In this document: positions 1 through 10,145 of the stretch, one piece after another
Position numbering within the stretch: position 1 is the first letter of the stretch
Layout of the letters: each line of letters starts with the position of its first letter
Assembly (NCBI GenBank): GCA_021731405.1
Contig: JAKFXN010000003.1
Location: forward strand, 44,676 to 108,675
From: Candidatus Parcubacteria bacterium
GTDB taxonomy: Bacteria > Patescibacteriota > Minisyncoccia > Phycocordibacterales > UBA918
DNA: 64,000 nucleotides
Direction of reading: 5' to 3'
Notes under the pieces: generated by a model
Told to the model about the DNA's origin: nothing
Database searches by the model: none
Seen by the model: the letters and a program-made list of their open reading frames with translations, nothing else
Translations under genes and position numbers: made by a program

Positions 1-426
1 AAAGATGAAATGATTCACACTCTGCCTGAAGCTTTACAAAGTGCGTATGTAACTCTCGGTGAAGCCGCTAGTGTCATAGTGCCCTTTAAGGTAGATTTCC
101 AAATTTCTCTTGACGCTATCTCTTCAGAGTTGCTTCGAGCACAGCGACAATGTAGTCCGTTTGGTCTTGCTAACCCAAAACCGCTGTATCTTATTTCAAA
201 CGTATTGCCTAAAGAAGTGGTTTCTTTTGGAAAAGCTAAAGAGCATACAAAACTCACGTTTGCGACTACTGGCATTGCCAAAGAAGCAATTGCTTTTTTT
301 CGGACACCAGAACAATTTTCAATTTTGCCGACGACGGAAACTACTGTTTCTTTACTAGTACACCTCGAAGAAAGCTTTTTTATGAATCGTCTACAAACCA
401 GACTGCGGATTGTTGAAATTATCTAA
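1..426 (+). CDS. recJ: C-terminal fragment of RecJ-like single-stranded-DNA exonuclease (5' end outside window)
   Basis: Open frame 1 from window start; motif PFGLANPKP matches the RecJ C-terminal PFGxGNPxP region. Confidence 0.5.
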   Translation, partial: KDEMIHTLPEALQSAYVTLGEAASVIVPFKVDFQISLDAISSELLRAQRQCSPFGLANPKPLYLISNVLPKEVVSFGKAKEHTKLTFATTGIAKEAIAFFRTPEQFSILPTTETTVSLLVHLEESFFMNRLQTRLRIVEII

Positions 427-447
427 CTTCGTCATTTAGCTGATTTT

Positions 448-885
448 TTGCTACACTCAGCTTATATGGAGACAATTATTGCCTATACTGCTGGTGGTTC
501 GCGAGGAAACCCTGGACCCTCTGCTTCTGGGGTATATATCACAACCAGTACTGGAGAGGTGGTGCGTGAAGTAAAAGAAGCTATTGGTAACGCCACCAAC
601 AATTTTGCCGAATACTACGGCGTCATGCTCGCGCTACAAACACTTAAGCAACTATACGGAAAAAAGAGTAATGAGATGCAATTTGAAATTAGGCTTGATA
701 GTGAATTAGTTAAAAAGCAGTTAAGTAATGAGTACCAAATTAAAGAACCAGGGCTCGTCCCGATGTTTATTGAAATCCATAACATGCGCGTGGAGAGTTT
801 TCCTCACATCTTTTTTACCTACATTTCAAGAGAGAATAATAAAGAAGCAGACAGGCTGGCCAATGAAGCTCTTGGCGATAAGTAG
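448..885 (+). CDS. rnhA: Ribonuclease HI
   Basis: IAYTAGGSRGNPGPSASG (RNase H DGG/GNPGP signature) near N-terminus; likely true start at METIIAY (466). Confidence 0.8.
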   Translation: MLHSAYMETIIAYTAGGSRGNPGPSASGVYITTSTGEVVREVKEAIGNATNNFAEYYGVMLALQTLKQLYGKKSNEMQFEIRLDSELVKKQLSNEYQIKEPGLVPMFIEIHNMRVESFPHIFFTYISRENNKEADRLANEALGDK

Positions 886-956
886 ACTCACAACTTTTTA
901 AACTAATCTGTAGTTTTAACTAGGAGAGATAGTTTGTACCTTATAAGGAGTAGAGT

Positions 957-1223
957 ATGCTACAAAAAGCAATATTAGTTCCCGCCCTTTCATCAGAAGA
1001 ACGACAACAAAAAATGTTTTCCGTCCTCCAGTCTGCTCAAGATTTTAATTTTGCTCAAGCCAGTTTAGTAGAGATACAAAGACTGCACGAGTGTTTATGT
1101 GAAGCGGTTGAACTAGGTGAAGCTTCTTCATGGAATAACCAGTTTGTCCTAGCAGAACTAAAATCATGGCGTCTGGCGTGCTGCTGTCGCATTGAAGCGA
1201 AAGAAGCTCTATCCAAAACCTAA
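957..1223 (+). CDS. hypothetical protein (88 aa)
   Basis: ORF followed by hairpin terminator ~1224-1258; no recognisable motif. Confidence 0.35.
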   Translation: MLQKAILVPALSSEERQQKMFSVLQSAQDFNFAQASLVEIQRLHECLCEAVELGEASSWNNQFVLAELKSWRLACCCRIEAKEALSKT

Positions 1224-1343
1224 AGGTCGCAAACACACGTTTGTGGCCTTTATTCCGTCTTTAGAATAGTTGACAAATTGAATATTCATAGTACTATCTT
1301 TTTCAGAAGCACACCCATTGGTGTTGTAAAACAAGGAGATTTC

Positions 1344-1592
1344 ATGGGTAAACCCTCAAACCAACAGCTGGCATCGCTCGTTGACCAGGCCAGCCATTTG
1401 TTGGCAAGAAACCGTTTGGAGCCAGCGACTCTTGATGAAGTCAAGGCGTTGCGCAAAAAGCTGCATCAGGTGGTTGACGATCTGACGGTGAAAGAACCAT
1501 ACAATCGTCACTTGGACATGCTTAAACGCTTCAAGGTTGCACTGAAAACTCGCGAGATGGAGCTAAAAAAAGAGACAGCTACTGAAAGCTGA
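1344..1592 (+). CDS. hypothetical small protein (82 aa)
   Basis: AAGGAG RBS 6 nt upstream of ATG 1344; TTGACA-17-TACTAT-like promoter ~1270-1300; terminator 1610-1640. Confidence 0.5.
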   Translation: MGKPSNQQLASLVDQASHLLARNRLEPATLDEVKALRKKLHQVVDDLTVKEPYNRHLDMLKRFKVALKTREMELKKETATES

Positions 1593-1688
1593 CAAGCGCA
1601 AAAGGCACACAAAAACCACGACTAGCAATCGTGGTTTTGTTATTTTAGGGGGTAGTGATTGCTATACTAAAAGAGTAAGTGTCCTGCG

Positions 1689-3311
1689 ATGAACATAGCG
1701 TACTTTTACGTTGCGACAATAAGTTTCTTTACCGGTGTTTTCATAACAACGTTTTACCCACTGTCGCTGCCTACCATCACATGGCTTATCGGCATTGGGG
1801 TAGTACTTACCCTCATTTTTGCAAAGCAAGCAAAAGCGAGAAATGTCCTCCCGACATTATTTCTTTGTAGTATTGCGATTATATTTTTTGCGCTTGGTGC
1901 GCTTCGAGTTGAGATTTCTGAATGGAGTTTTTCTAAAAACATTTTAGCTGAAAAAGTTGGAGAAAAAGTTTTGCTTGAAGGTGTAGTGGTGAGAGAGCCA
2001 GATGTGCGTGAGCGAACGACGCAGATTACTGTTAAGACAGGAGAAGATAAAGTACTTGTTAGTGTCGACAGGTTCCATGCCGTTGAGTACGGTGATCAGA
2101 TAATTGTATCTGGTACCCTCACAATTCCTGAGACATTTGAAACCGACCTGGGCCGCTCTTTTAACTACGCTACGTATTTAAAAGCAAAAGGCATTTTGTA
2201 TCAGATACCATTTGCTGATGTGCAGATTACTAGGAAAGGGAAAGGCAATTATGTTGTTTCAAAGCTACTTACCTTTAAACAAACATTCCTTACACAGATT
2301 GAGGTTTATTTAGCTGAACCAGCAGCTGGTCTAGGTAAAGGGCTACTTTTGGGGGTCAAAGAAGGTCTAGGAGAGGATTTAGAGTCAGCCTTTCGTAAGA
2401 CTGGGATTATCCATATTGTTGTTCTCTCGGGATACAACATTATGCTCGTGGTTATTTTTGTGATGGCAATTTTAGGTTATTTCTTTTCTAAAAAGATAAG
2501 TGTATTTTTTGGCGTCTTGGGAATCATCGCCTTTGCGCTCATGGTCGGACTATCTTCGACTGTAGTTCGGGCAAGTATCATGGCCTGTCTACTTCTTATG
2601 ACGCAGGTCACCAGTCGCACATATTTGGTAGTCAGGGGACTTGTTCTCGCTGCCTTAATTATGGTTGTACTAAACCCATATTTAATTGCCTATGACATTG
2701 GTTTTCAACTTTCATTTTTAGCTACCTTAGGACTCATTTTCATTACTCCTCACTTTGCTCGTTTATGTGCACGTGTGACTGAAGTAGCTGGAGTACGTTC
2801 TTTCTTGGTGGCTACACTGGGAACACAACTCGCTGTCTTGCCATTACTCCTGTATCAGATTGGAGAACTTTCTATTGTCTCTGTTTTGGTAAATGTGCTC
2901 GTACTTCCAATGGTACCTGTGGCTATGCTCTTAACATTTTGTACGGGTACGCTAGGGTATATCTCAGTCACATTAGCCAGCCTAGCTTCATACCCAACTT
3001 TTCTCTCTTTGTCATACATAACAAAAACAGCTGAGATGTTTGCTGAGCTTCCATTTGCATCGGTGGTAGTGCCACCGTTTCCGTTTTGGGTAGTGGTACT
3101 CGCGTACGCGTTAATGATTTATGTCTTATATAAAAAATATGAACCGATACTCATGGGTAATGTAGGGGAACTGCATGAGCACCTTCTTACTCAAAAGAAA
3201 ATCTCAGATGATATTAATGAAACACTCGCTGGTTGGACTATTGAAGAGGAATTTGATCTGCCACTTCAAAAAGAAACAGTTGTCACAAGGACAACTGTTT
3301 CTAAAGAATAG
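1689..3311 (+). CDS. comEC: ComEC/Rec2 competence protein, N-terminal DUF4131 + competence channel domain (no MBL domain)
   Basis: Polytopic membrane protein; GIIHIVVLSGYNIM matches ComEC competence domain HLLAISGLH region. Confidence 0.75.
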   Translation: MNIAYFYVATISFFTGVFITTFYPLSLPTITWLIGIGVVLTLIFAKQAKARNVLPTLFLCSIAIIFFALGALRVEISEWSFSKNILAEKVGEKVLLEGVVVREPDVRERTTQITVKTGEDKVLVSVDRFHAVEYGDQIIVSGTLTIPETFETDLGRSFNYATYLKAKGILYQIPFADVQITRKGKGNYVVSKLLTFKQTFLTQIEVYLAEPAAGLGKGLLLGVKEGLGEDLESAFRKTGIIHIVVLSGYNIMLVVIFVMAILGYFFSKKISVFFGVLGIIAFALMVGLSSTVVRASIMACLLLMTQVTSRTYLVVRGLVLAALIMVVLNPYLIAYDIGFQLSFLATLGLIFITPHFARLCARVTEVAGVRSFLVATLGTQLAVLPLLLYQIGELSIVSVLVNVLVLPMVPVAMLLTFCTGTLGYISVTLASLASYPTFLSLSYITKTAEMFAELPFASVVVPPFPFWVVVLAYALMIYVLYKKYEPILMGNVGELHEHLLTQKKISDDINETLAGWTIEEEFDLPLQKETVVTRTTVSKE

Positions 3312-3330
3312 AGGGCTCTTCTCATCTTAC

Positions 3331-3909
3331 CTAAGCTACTCGCGCTGCCACTACTTCCCAATTAAGGTTTTGGAAAAAAGCGTCAATATAATTTTTCTTT
3401 TTACTTGGTGGAACATCAAGCATGTATGAGTGTTCCCACATATCAAGGGCAAGTACAATATCCAGATCAGCCAACTGACCTAAGTGCTGTTCATCCACCC
3501 AGGTTTGTACAAGCTGGTTTGTTTTTCGATCAATATAAAGTATGGCCCAGCCTACGCCACGGGTGAGCGCAATACGCAAAAAGCTCTCGTGCCACGCTTC
3601 AACACTACCCCAGCCACTTACAATAAGTTCCTTCAAGGTTCCTTCGGGAAGGGTTTTTGCCCCGCCTTCAAATTGTGCAAAGTAGTATTCGTGGTTTCGC
3701 ATCCCGCCAAACTCAAAGCCAAAGCGTCGCTGCATTTCAGAAATAGCATACGCGTTGTTTTCCATATCATGAGAAAAAGCAGCAATTTTGTCTTGGATAA
3801 GGTTTACGTGTTTAACATAGCCGTTATAAAGACCAAGGTGTTCTTCAATAGTAGATTTTGAAATTCCTGCCAGTTCAGGAATCTCGAATGTTTTTGGAGT
3901 GTAGTACAT
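3331..3909 (-). CDS. sodA: Fe/Mn superoxide dismutase
   Basis: DMWEHSY motif and overall SOD_Fe N/C domain layout, 192 aa. Confidence 0.9.
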   Translation of the reverse strand: MYYTPKTFEIPELAGISKSTIEEHLGLYNGYVKHVNLIQDKIAAFSHDMENNAYAISEMQRRFGFEFGGMRNHEYYFAQFEGGAKTLPEGTLKELIVSGWGSVEAWHESFLRIALTRGVGWAILYIDRKTNQLVQTWVDEQHLGQLADLDIVLALDMWEHSYMLDVPPSKKKNYIDAFFQNLNWEVVAARVA

Positions 3910-3986
3910 AGAGAATATTAAAACAATAACGTATGTAGTATACCAGAAAGTTAAAAGACGGGAGATTTTTTCGCTATACTATACGA

Positions 3987-4874
3987 GTGTCCCTCTCTAC
4001 ATTTTCCATTAGAATCGTAACTATTATTTTTTTGATACTGGTCATTATTTTCTCAACCGCTTCGCAACTTGTTTCGTCTTCAGTCTTACCAGCTGCTCTT
4101 GGTGAAGTAGATGGATTACTCACGGTGGCTTTTCTTGATGTTGGACAAGGAGATGCTATTTTTATCGAAACGCCAGACGGTGCGCAAGTACTCATTGATG
4201 GTGGTCCGGACGGTAGTGTGGTGCGTGAACTGTCAAAGCACATGCCATTTTTTGACCGAACGCTGGATGTAGTTTTGGCCACTCATTCAGACAAAGATCA
4301 TATCGGAGGGCTTATTGAAGTGTTAGAGCGGTATGAAGTAGAGACCATCATTAGAACAGAAAATAAAAATGATACCGAGGTCGCGGCTTTGTTTGATACA
4401 TTTCAAAATACAGAAGATGCAGCGGTTCATTTTGCGCGAGGTGGGCAGCTACTTCAGTTGGGTGCTTCAACTACATTACTCATCTTGTCGCCTGAAGGGG
4501 ATCCTACTGATTGGGAAAGTAACACCGCCTCAATCGTGGCGCAACTTCAGTATGGTGAGAGCACGTTTATGCTCACTGGAGACGCTGGGGTAAATATTGA
4601 AGAGTATCTTTCACAAACATATGGAGAGTTACTGCAGAGCGATGTCTTGAAGCTCGGGCATCATGGTTCGCGTACTTCAAGTGGAGAGATGTTTTTAGAC
4701 ACAGTGTCTCCACAATATGGAATAGTTTCAGCCGCGGCAGATAACAGTTATGGGCACCCACACCGTGAAGTGGTGGAAAATCTTAACGACCGCGGAATAG
4801 AAATGCTTGAAACTGCGAGTGTTGGAACGGTTGTATTTAAAAGTGATGGACGAAACGTATGGAGAGAGGAATAA
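3987..4874 (+). CDS. ComEC-type metallo-beta-lactamase domain protein (separate ORF, N-terminal TM anchor)
   Basis: VAFLDVGQGDAIFIETPDG, HSDKDHIGG, KLGHHGSRTSS = ComEC C-terminal MBL signature. Confidence 0.75.
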   Translation: MSLSTFSIRIVTIIFLILVIIFSTASQLVSSSVLPAALGEVDGLLTVAFLDVGQGDAIFIETPDGAQVLIDGGPDGSVVRELSKHMPFFDRTLDVVLATHSDKDHIGGLIEVLERYEVETIIRTENKNDTEVAALFDTFQNTEDAAVHFARGGQLLQLGASTTLLILSPEGDPTDWESNTASIVAQLQYGESTFMLTGDAGVNIEEYLSQTYGELLQSDVLKLGHHGSRTSSGEMFLDTVSPQYGIVSAAADNSYGHPHREVVENLNDRGIEMLETASVGTVVFKSDGRNVWREE

Positions 4875-4913
4875 TAAAAAAAGCCCGACACCAATTGGTG
4901 TCGGGCTTTTTTA
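4875..4913. terminator. bidirectional rho-independent terminator
   Basis: aaaaaaagcccgacacc-aatt-ggtgtcgggctttttt perfect hairpin between convergent genes. Confidence 0.85.
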
Positions 4914-5156
4914 TTAGACGAGCTTTGCTTCTCTGAGAGTCTTGTAGGCACCGTTCTTTGCGATAGTACGTAGTCCTTTGGTTGAAACCTTGAGAGTCAC
5001 TGACTTTCCGAGTTCCGCTACATAAATACGCTTCTTTTGAAGGTTTGGTGCTCGTTTTGTTTTTCCAGAAGGATTAAACTGAGTTGCACGGGTACGATTA
5101 CTGTACTTTCCGCCCACTTGAGTCTTCTTACCGGTAATGTCGCATTGTTTTGCCAT
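4914..5156 (-). CDS. rpmB: 50S ribosomal protein L28
   Basis: MAKQCDITGKKTQVGGKYSNRTRATQ...PNLQKKRI = L28 consensus. Confidence 0.9.
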   Translation of the reverse strand: MAKQCDITGKKTQVGGKYSNRTRATQFNPSGKTKRAPNLQKKRIYVAELGKSVTLKVSTKGLRTIAKNGAYKTLREAKLV

Positions 5157-5221
5157 ATCGTTGATTTAAGTCCCGCTATACTAGCATGCATACTTGATAT
5201 TGCAAGCTTTCGTAAGTACTA

Positions 5222-5866
5222 TTGGCTCATATGGATCCATTTCAAATTGCTATGATCGTTGCCCTCATCTTCTCGGTGGTTATTCACGAGATGGCACATG
5301 GGTACGCTGCCAACTGGCTGGGTGACCCTACTGCCCGTTTACAGGGTCGTCTTTCAGCGAACCCGCTCGTCCACATCGACCCACTAATGTCAGTTATCTT
5401 GCCTGGATTACTGGTTCTTACTGGTTCACCAATCCTCTTTGGGGCGGCCAAGCCTGTTCCGTACAACCCTTATAACTTCACAAATCAAAAGTGGGGGGAG
5501 GCAATAGTAGCTGCCGCTGGCCCAGCTGCCAATGTCTTCATTGCCCTTGTTTTTGCTATTTTGATTCGCTTATCAGATTTATTGCAGCTTTCTGACACCT
5601 TTATTCAGCTTGCGATCAGCATCATTTTCCTCAATATTTTCCTCGCTTTCTTCAATCTTGTACCAATCCCACCGCTTGATGGGTCAAAGATTCTGCCAAA
5701 GTTCCTTCCGTTTGGTTTGGCTATGAAATACAGCCAATTTCGCCATTTTATGGAGCAAAACATCGCTCTCTCTTTCGGTATCGTGATTATTGCTTTTGTC
5801 CTCTTCCTTGGCGAGCCACTGGCTGTCCTCACTCGTACCATCACTATGCTATTTATAGGAGGGTAG
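5222..5866 (+). CDS. M50 family (site-2 protease-like) membrane metalloprotease
   Basis: HEMAHG zinc motif in TM helix, [13 protein letters not shown] (LDG motif). Confidence 0.8.
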   Translation: MAHMDPFQIAMIVALIFSVVIHEMAHGYAANWLGDPTARLQGRLSANPLVHIDPLMSVILPGLLVLTGSPILFGAAKPVPYNPYNFTNQKWGEAIVAAAGPAANVFIALVFAILIRLSDLLQLSDTFIQLAISIIFLNIFLAFFNLVPIPPLDGSKILPKFLPFGLAMKYSQFRHFMEQNIALSFGIVIIAFVLFLGEPLAVLTRTITMLFIGG

Positions 5867-5921
5867 GACTTCTCCATTTGGGTTGCAAAAAAAGCTAGAT
5901 ATAGTATTGTACTCGGGCTTT

Positions 5922-6332
5922 ATGGCAACAATACAACAATTAACAAGAAAGAAGCGAGTCGACCCGGTACGAAAGAGTAAGACTGGTGCGTTGCATTCTG
6001 GATTTAACAAAATCGAGAATCATCCAAACTACTATAACTCTCCGTTTAAACGTGGCGTATGTACTCGCGTGACCACTAAGACTCCGCGAAAGCCGAACTC
6101 TGCGATTCGAAAGATTGCTCGAGTTCGTCTAAGTAACGGACAAGAAATCACTGCGTACATTCCTGGTATCAAGCACAGCTTGCAGGAACACTCAGTGGTA
6201 CTTGTACGAGGTGGACGCGTGAAGGACATCGGTGTTCAATACACTATTGTCCGTGGTAAGTACGACGCGACTGGAGTTGCTGAGCGACGAATGGGACGGT
6301 CTCGTTACGGAGCCAAGAAACCCAAGGCTTAG
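5922..6332 (+). CDS. rpsL: 30S ribosomal protein S12
   Basis: [12 protein letters not shown]...[19 protein letters not shown]...RGGRVKD; ORF track starts 39 nt earlier, true start probably at MATIQQL. Confidence 0.95.
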   Translation: MATIQQLTRKKRVDPVRKSKTGALHSGFNKIENHPNYYNSPFKRGVCTRVTTKTPRKPNSAIRKIARVRLSNGQEITAYIPGIKHSLQEHSVVLVRGGRVKDIGVQYTIVRGKYDATGVAERRMGRSRYGAKKPKA

Positions 6333-6630
6333 TCCAAAAAATTAATTTCTAACGCTATCTACTTTGTTGTGACGTCACTTTTGTCGGTCACGGTAGGATA
6401 TCTACCGCTTCCTCCAAAAGTTAGTCACGCCTCGTAGCTAACGTCATTAATTAATTTTTAAAAAGACGATTACAAATAGTTTATATTCGCTACAGATAAC
6501 GGCCGCGATTCAAGTTGAAAGACTTCGGAATCAAATTATGCGAAGAATGAAGAATGTCATAACACTCCTCATTCTTAATATATGTGTAGCAACACAGAAG
6601 TTATTAAGAAAGTATTTAAGAAAATAAGTC

Positions 6631-7101
6631 ATGCGACGACCAATTAAGAAGCGTCCAGTCGTCAATCCTGACGTGATATACAAGTCAGTTGACGTTGAGC
6701 GACTCATCAACTACATCATGCTCCGCGGTCAAAAAGAGACTGCGCGCAAGATTGTCTACGCAGCGTTTGAAGAAATCAAGAATGCTAAGGAGGCACAAGA
6801 TCCACTAGAAGTGTTCAACACAGCCGTACGAAACGCTGGTCCAATGATGGAAGTTCGCTCACGTCGTGTGGGTGGAGCAAACTATCAGGTCCCACGAGAA
6901 GTGCGTCCAGAGCGCCGAATGGCTCTCGCTCTCCGTTGGATTATTGCAGGAGCACGTGGTCAGAAGGGAGTGCCTATGCACAAAGCTCTAGCCGCTGAGC
7001 TCAAGCTTGCAGCTAAGGAGGAAGGAAATGCTGTGAAGAAGAAGGAAGATACGCACAAGATGGCTGAGGCCAACCGCGCGTTTGCTCACTTCGCTTGGTA
7101 A
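6631..7101 (+). CDS. rpsG: 30S ribosomal protein S7
   Basis: 156 aa, S7 fold motifs (RLINYIMLRGQKETARKIVY... RRVGGANYQVP). Confidence 0.95.
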   Translation: MRRPIKKRPVVNPDVIYKSVDVERLINYIMLRGQKETARKIVYAAFEEIKNAKEAQDPLEVFNTAVRNAGPMMEVRSRRVGGANYQVPREVRPERRMALALRWIIAGARGQKGVPMHKALAAELKLAAKEEGNAVKKKEDTHKMAEANRAFAHFAW

Positions 7102-7134
7102 TTCCATTTTGAACGAGTTACTTCGTTAGGTACA

Positions 7135-7182
7135 CAAAAAAGCCGCTCGACGTACATCTAGGTACGCCTCGCGGCTTTTTTG
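7135..7182 (+). terminator. rho-independent terminator after rpsG
   Basis: aaaaaagccgctcg...cgcggcttttttg hairpin + T-run. Confidence 0.6.
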
Positions 7183-7240
7183 CTACCTGCCTCGTACTTC
7201 ATTTCAAAATGGAATTACCAAAGATGGTTAATATAGATAT

Positions 7241-7280
7241 AGAAAAGCCGTACATACTTTCGTATGTACGGCTTTTGTTG
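7241..7280 (-). terminator. terminator downstream of minus-strand gene 7290-7922
   Basis: agccgtacatac-tttc-gtatgtacggct perfect hairpin flanked by A/T runs. Confidence 0.8.
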
Positions 7281-7289
7281 AACTTGTTC

Positions 7290-7922
7290 TTATGCCTCGA
7301 TGCTCATCCCTGTCGCGTCAGGGAAAAGTGAAGGCACGTTGTATGCCGAAATTTTTGGCATCGGCCTGACGCAATTGGCTATTGCCTCGAGTCGCGAAAT
7401 GTCATTTCCGTGATTTTCAATTGAGGAACCGCCGATGTCGTTTTGCAATTTCTGGGCAAGTTCCGCCTTCTCTTTCTTGATGAGTCCATGACATATCTCA
7501 TACACAGTCTCGGCTACCTTTGAGGGAAGATTCCGGAGATGCTCCTCGTTGTCCAGGCCTTCAGCACGAAGATGTTTAAGGTATGCCTCAATGAGGCGCA
7601 CTTTTTCCTCTTGAGCTTCTTCGTCGACCACAGCAGCGAGGAGACGGTAAAGAGCGGCTTCATAGCGGGCTTTGTCGTTGATTAAGCTGTTCACATGTTT
7701 GGGATTCACGTCGGTGAACAGTATGTGACAAAACCACATGAATAAACCGAACAGAAAAATTACTTGCACGATTCCCCAAGTGGCAGCTGGAAAATCACCG
7801 GTCACAGACTGGTAAACCGCGAGACCGCAGTAAGCGAGGAACAAAACCATCGCTATCCACCGATTCTTCACAAATGGTTGGAGGAGGCCTTCGGGGGAGC
7901 GGTAGGGGTATCTGGACATCAC
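7290..7922 (-). CDS. hypothetical membrane-anchored protein (2 N-terminal TM helices + cytoplasmic helical domain)
   Basis: 210-aa ORF with own terminator; no family recognised. Confidence 0.45.
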   Translation of the reverse strand: MMSRYPYRSPEGLLQPFVKNRWIAMVLFLAYCGLAVYQSVTGDFPAATWGIVQVIFLFGLFMWFCHILFTDVNPKHVNSLINDKARYEAALYRLLAAVVDEEAQEEKVRLIEAYLKHLRAEGLDNEEHLRNLPSKVAETVYEICHGLIKKEKAELAQKLQNDIGGSSIENHGNDISRLEAIANCVRPMPKISAYNVPSLFPDATGMSIEA

Positions 7923-8046
7923 GTTCTCCTAAAAGAGTTGTTTACAAAGGACTAGGCTGAAGCTATAGAACTACAGATACCCTTATGTGTCAATAAATAT
8001 AGAGCTTTCCGATGCGTGATACAATAGATATTATTTAGGTAATGTT

Positions 8047-8364
8047 GTGTGTATGGAAAAGTTTTCAGGTATTGAAGGAGAGACAACAACGTACAATCGC
8101 GAGGCAGTACAGATGATGGCTATGGAAGAAGCTCTTGATCGTCTCGAAGAGAGATTTCCGGGAGTAATCAGTATGCCAACAGCCGAAAAAATCCCCGTTC
8201 TTAAAGAATTAATTACCGAGTTAGGTGCTACAGTAGAAGGGACAGACATTCCACTTCACAATGAGCATCGGCATGTCGTTGAGTCGCTCGCTCGGCTCTT
8301 GCGAGTAGAAGAGTCACGACTAGAATTTGAGTCAGTCTTAGCTCGTCACCCAGAACTCGCCTAA
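8047..8364 (+). CDS. hypothetical acidic protein (105 aa)
   Basis: ORF only; no motif recognised. Confidence 0.35.
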   Translation: MCMEKFSGIEGETTTYNREAVQMMAMEEALDRLEERFPGVISMPTAEKIPVLKELITELGATVEGTDIPLHNEHRHVVESLARLLRVEESRLEFESVLARHPELA

Positions 8365-8387
8365 CCTTACTAGCCCATCTCGTTCTT

Positions 8388-9461
8388 TTGTTCCTCATGT
8401 CCTCATTTGATTTTGATGTAGAAATCGCCAAGCATCTCGACGTGGTGCGTTCACTCCAGAAACCATCTGGTGTCTTTACCGCCTCTGCCCACGACGTAAA
8501 GACTGGCTACGACAAGGCGTGGCTCCGTGACATCTATTTTATGACACTTGGTTTTTTGGAGACAGGAGAACTTTCCGTGGTACAAAAAGCGGCCAAGGCT
8601 CTCCTTACCATGTTTGTGAAGCATAAGGATAAAATCAATTGGGCTATCCAAAATAAGCCACACGAAGCCTGGCAGTACATCCATGCCCGCTTTAATCCCG
8701 AAACCTTTGAAGAGTATTGGGAAGAATGGGGGAATAGTCAGAATGATGCCGTGGGTGAAGTTTTAAATATTTTAGTTGAGCTTGAGCTGCGAGGTGCAAG
8801 TGTGATTGAAACAGACGAAGAGCGTGAAATGGTACAGAAAATAATTGATTATTTGGTCTCGGTAGAATACTGGCAGGACGAAGACAACGGTATTTGGGAA
8901 GAGAACATGGAAGTCCATGCTTCATCAATTGGTTCATGTGTGGCGGCTCTGAAGAAAGCCAAACAGCTCTCGTGGCTTCAGGTTCCGGATGATGCTATAG
9001 CAATGGGTGAGCAGGCTCTGCGTGCTCTCTTGCCGCGGGAGTCAAAAAATAAGTTTGCGGACTTGGCACTCCTTTCTCTCATCTATCCGTTTGCGGTTAC
9101 TACTGAAGAAGAGACGACAGAAATTTTACGCAATGTTGAGTATCACCTGACGCGCGATAAGGGCGTGATTCGCTACAAACTTGATCGTTACTATAATGAA
9201 AACGACGATGGCTATAGTGAAGAAGCAGAGTGGTGTTTTGGATTATCGTGGCTGGCAATTATATATGCAGAGCGTGGCGATACAGACAAAGCCTTTTACT
9301 ACTTACGCCAAGCAGAGAAGACGGTCACCAAAGAAGGGTTGGTGCCAGAGCTGTACTATTCACACACTAATACCCCAAACGGCAATACGCCGCTTGGTTG
9401 GTCAGAGAGTATGTATGTCGTTGCTATGAAGAAAGTGAAGGACTTAAAGGTAGGTGCGTAA
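8388..9461 (+). CDS. glycoside hydrolase family 15-like (glucoamylase/glucodextranase-related) protein
   Basis: KAWLRDIYF and DNGIWEE motifs typical of GH15 (alpha/alpha)6 barrel enzymes. Confidence 0.5.
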   Translation: MFLMSSFDFDVEIAKHLDVVRSLQKPSGVFTASAHDVKTGYDKAWLRDIYFMTLGFLETGELSVVQKAAKALLTMFVKHKDKINWAIQNKPHEAWQYIHARFNPETFEEYWEEWGNSQNDAVGEVLNILVELELRGASVIETDEEREMVQKIIDYLVSVEYWQDEDNGIWEENMEVHASSIGSCVAALKKAKQLSWLQVPDDAIAMGEQALRALLPRESKNKFADLALLSLIYPFAVTTEEETTEILRNVEYHLTRDKGVIRYKLDRYYNENDDGYSEEAEWCFGLSWLAIIYAERGDTDKAFYYLRQAEKTVTKEGLVPELYYSHTNTPNGNTPLGWSESMYVVAMKKVKDLKVGA

Positions 9462-9512
9462 CAAAAAGACGGAGACGCCATCTGGGTCTTTTTGTTTTGT
9501 TATACTGTATAC

Positions 9513-10091
9513 ATGATAAGAGCAATATATATTTTGATAGCTATCGCTGTTGTTGCCGGACTCGCACAACTTCTTATTCCTAAAACCGAAGCGCCTGTCA
9601 CAGAAGAGGGGGCTGTTGCGTGTACGATGGATGCCATGATGTGTCCGGACGGTTCATATGTAGGGCGAAGTGGTCCTAATTGCGAGTTTGTGTGTCCTGC
9701 GGCACCCGAAGTTCCAGCGGACATCCAAGCTCATATTGATGAGAAGGCAGATTTCATTGTCTTATCTTCTCCTGTGCCAAATGGTGTTGTTTCAAATCCA
9801 CTCATGCTTAGTGGACAAGCCCGGGGCTACTGGTATTTTGAAGCCAGTTTCCCAATTACCATCACTAACTGGGACGGGCTGATTATTGGTGAAGGATATG
9901 CAACCGCCGATGGCGATTGGATGACTGAAGAGTTTGTACCGTTTACAGCCACGATAGAGTTTGAGAATCCATACGTAGAAGGGCAGCCAGACTTTATGAA
10001 GCGCGGATTTCTTATTTTGAAAAAGGATAATCCATCTGGTTTACCAGAAAACGATAACGCTCTTGAAATACCCATCTATTTTGCACCGTAA
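9513..10091 (+). CDS. secreted/anchored Gmad2 immunoglobulin-like domain protein
   Basis: N-terminal TM/signal, Cys cluster, YWYFEASFPITITNWDG resembles Gmad2 (GerMN-associated) Ig-like domain. Confidence 0.45.
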   Translation: MIRAIYILIAIAVVAGLAQLLIPKTEAPVTEEGAVACTMDAMMCPDGSYVGRSGPNCEFVCPAAPEVPADIQAHIDEKADFIVLSSPVPNGVVSNPLMLSGQARGYWYFEASFPITITNWDGLIIGEGYATADGDWMTEEFVPFTATIEFENPYVEGQPDFMKRGFLILKKDNPSGLPENDNALEIPIYFAP

Positions 10092-10145
10092 ACAGCATTC
10101 TTGATATAATAGTAGTGAGTTAATTACCAAGCTAACCAAAATCAT

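Noticed and set aside
110-358. 82-aa alternative-frame ORF inside the RecJ fragment
   Set aside because: Overlaps better-supported RecJ frame
4369-4593. 74-aa internal ORF within the ComEC-MBL gene frame region
   Set aside because: Out-of-frame overlap with a well-supported CDS
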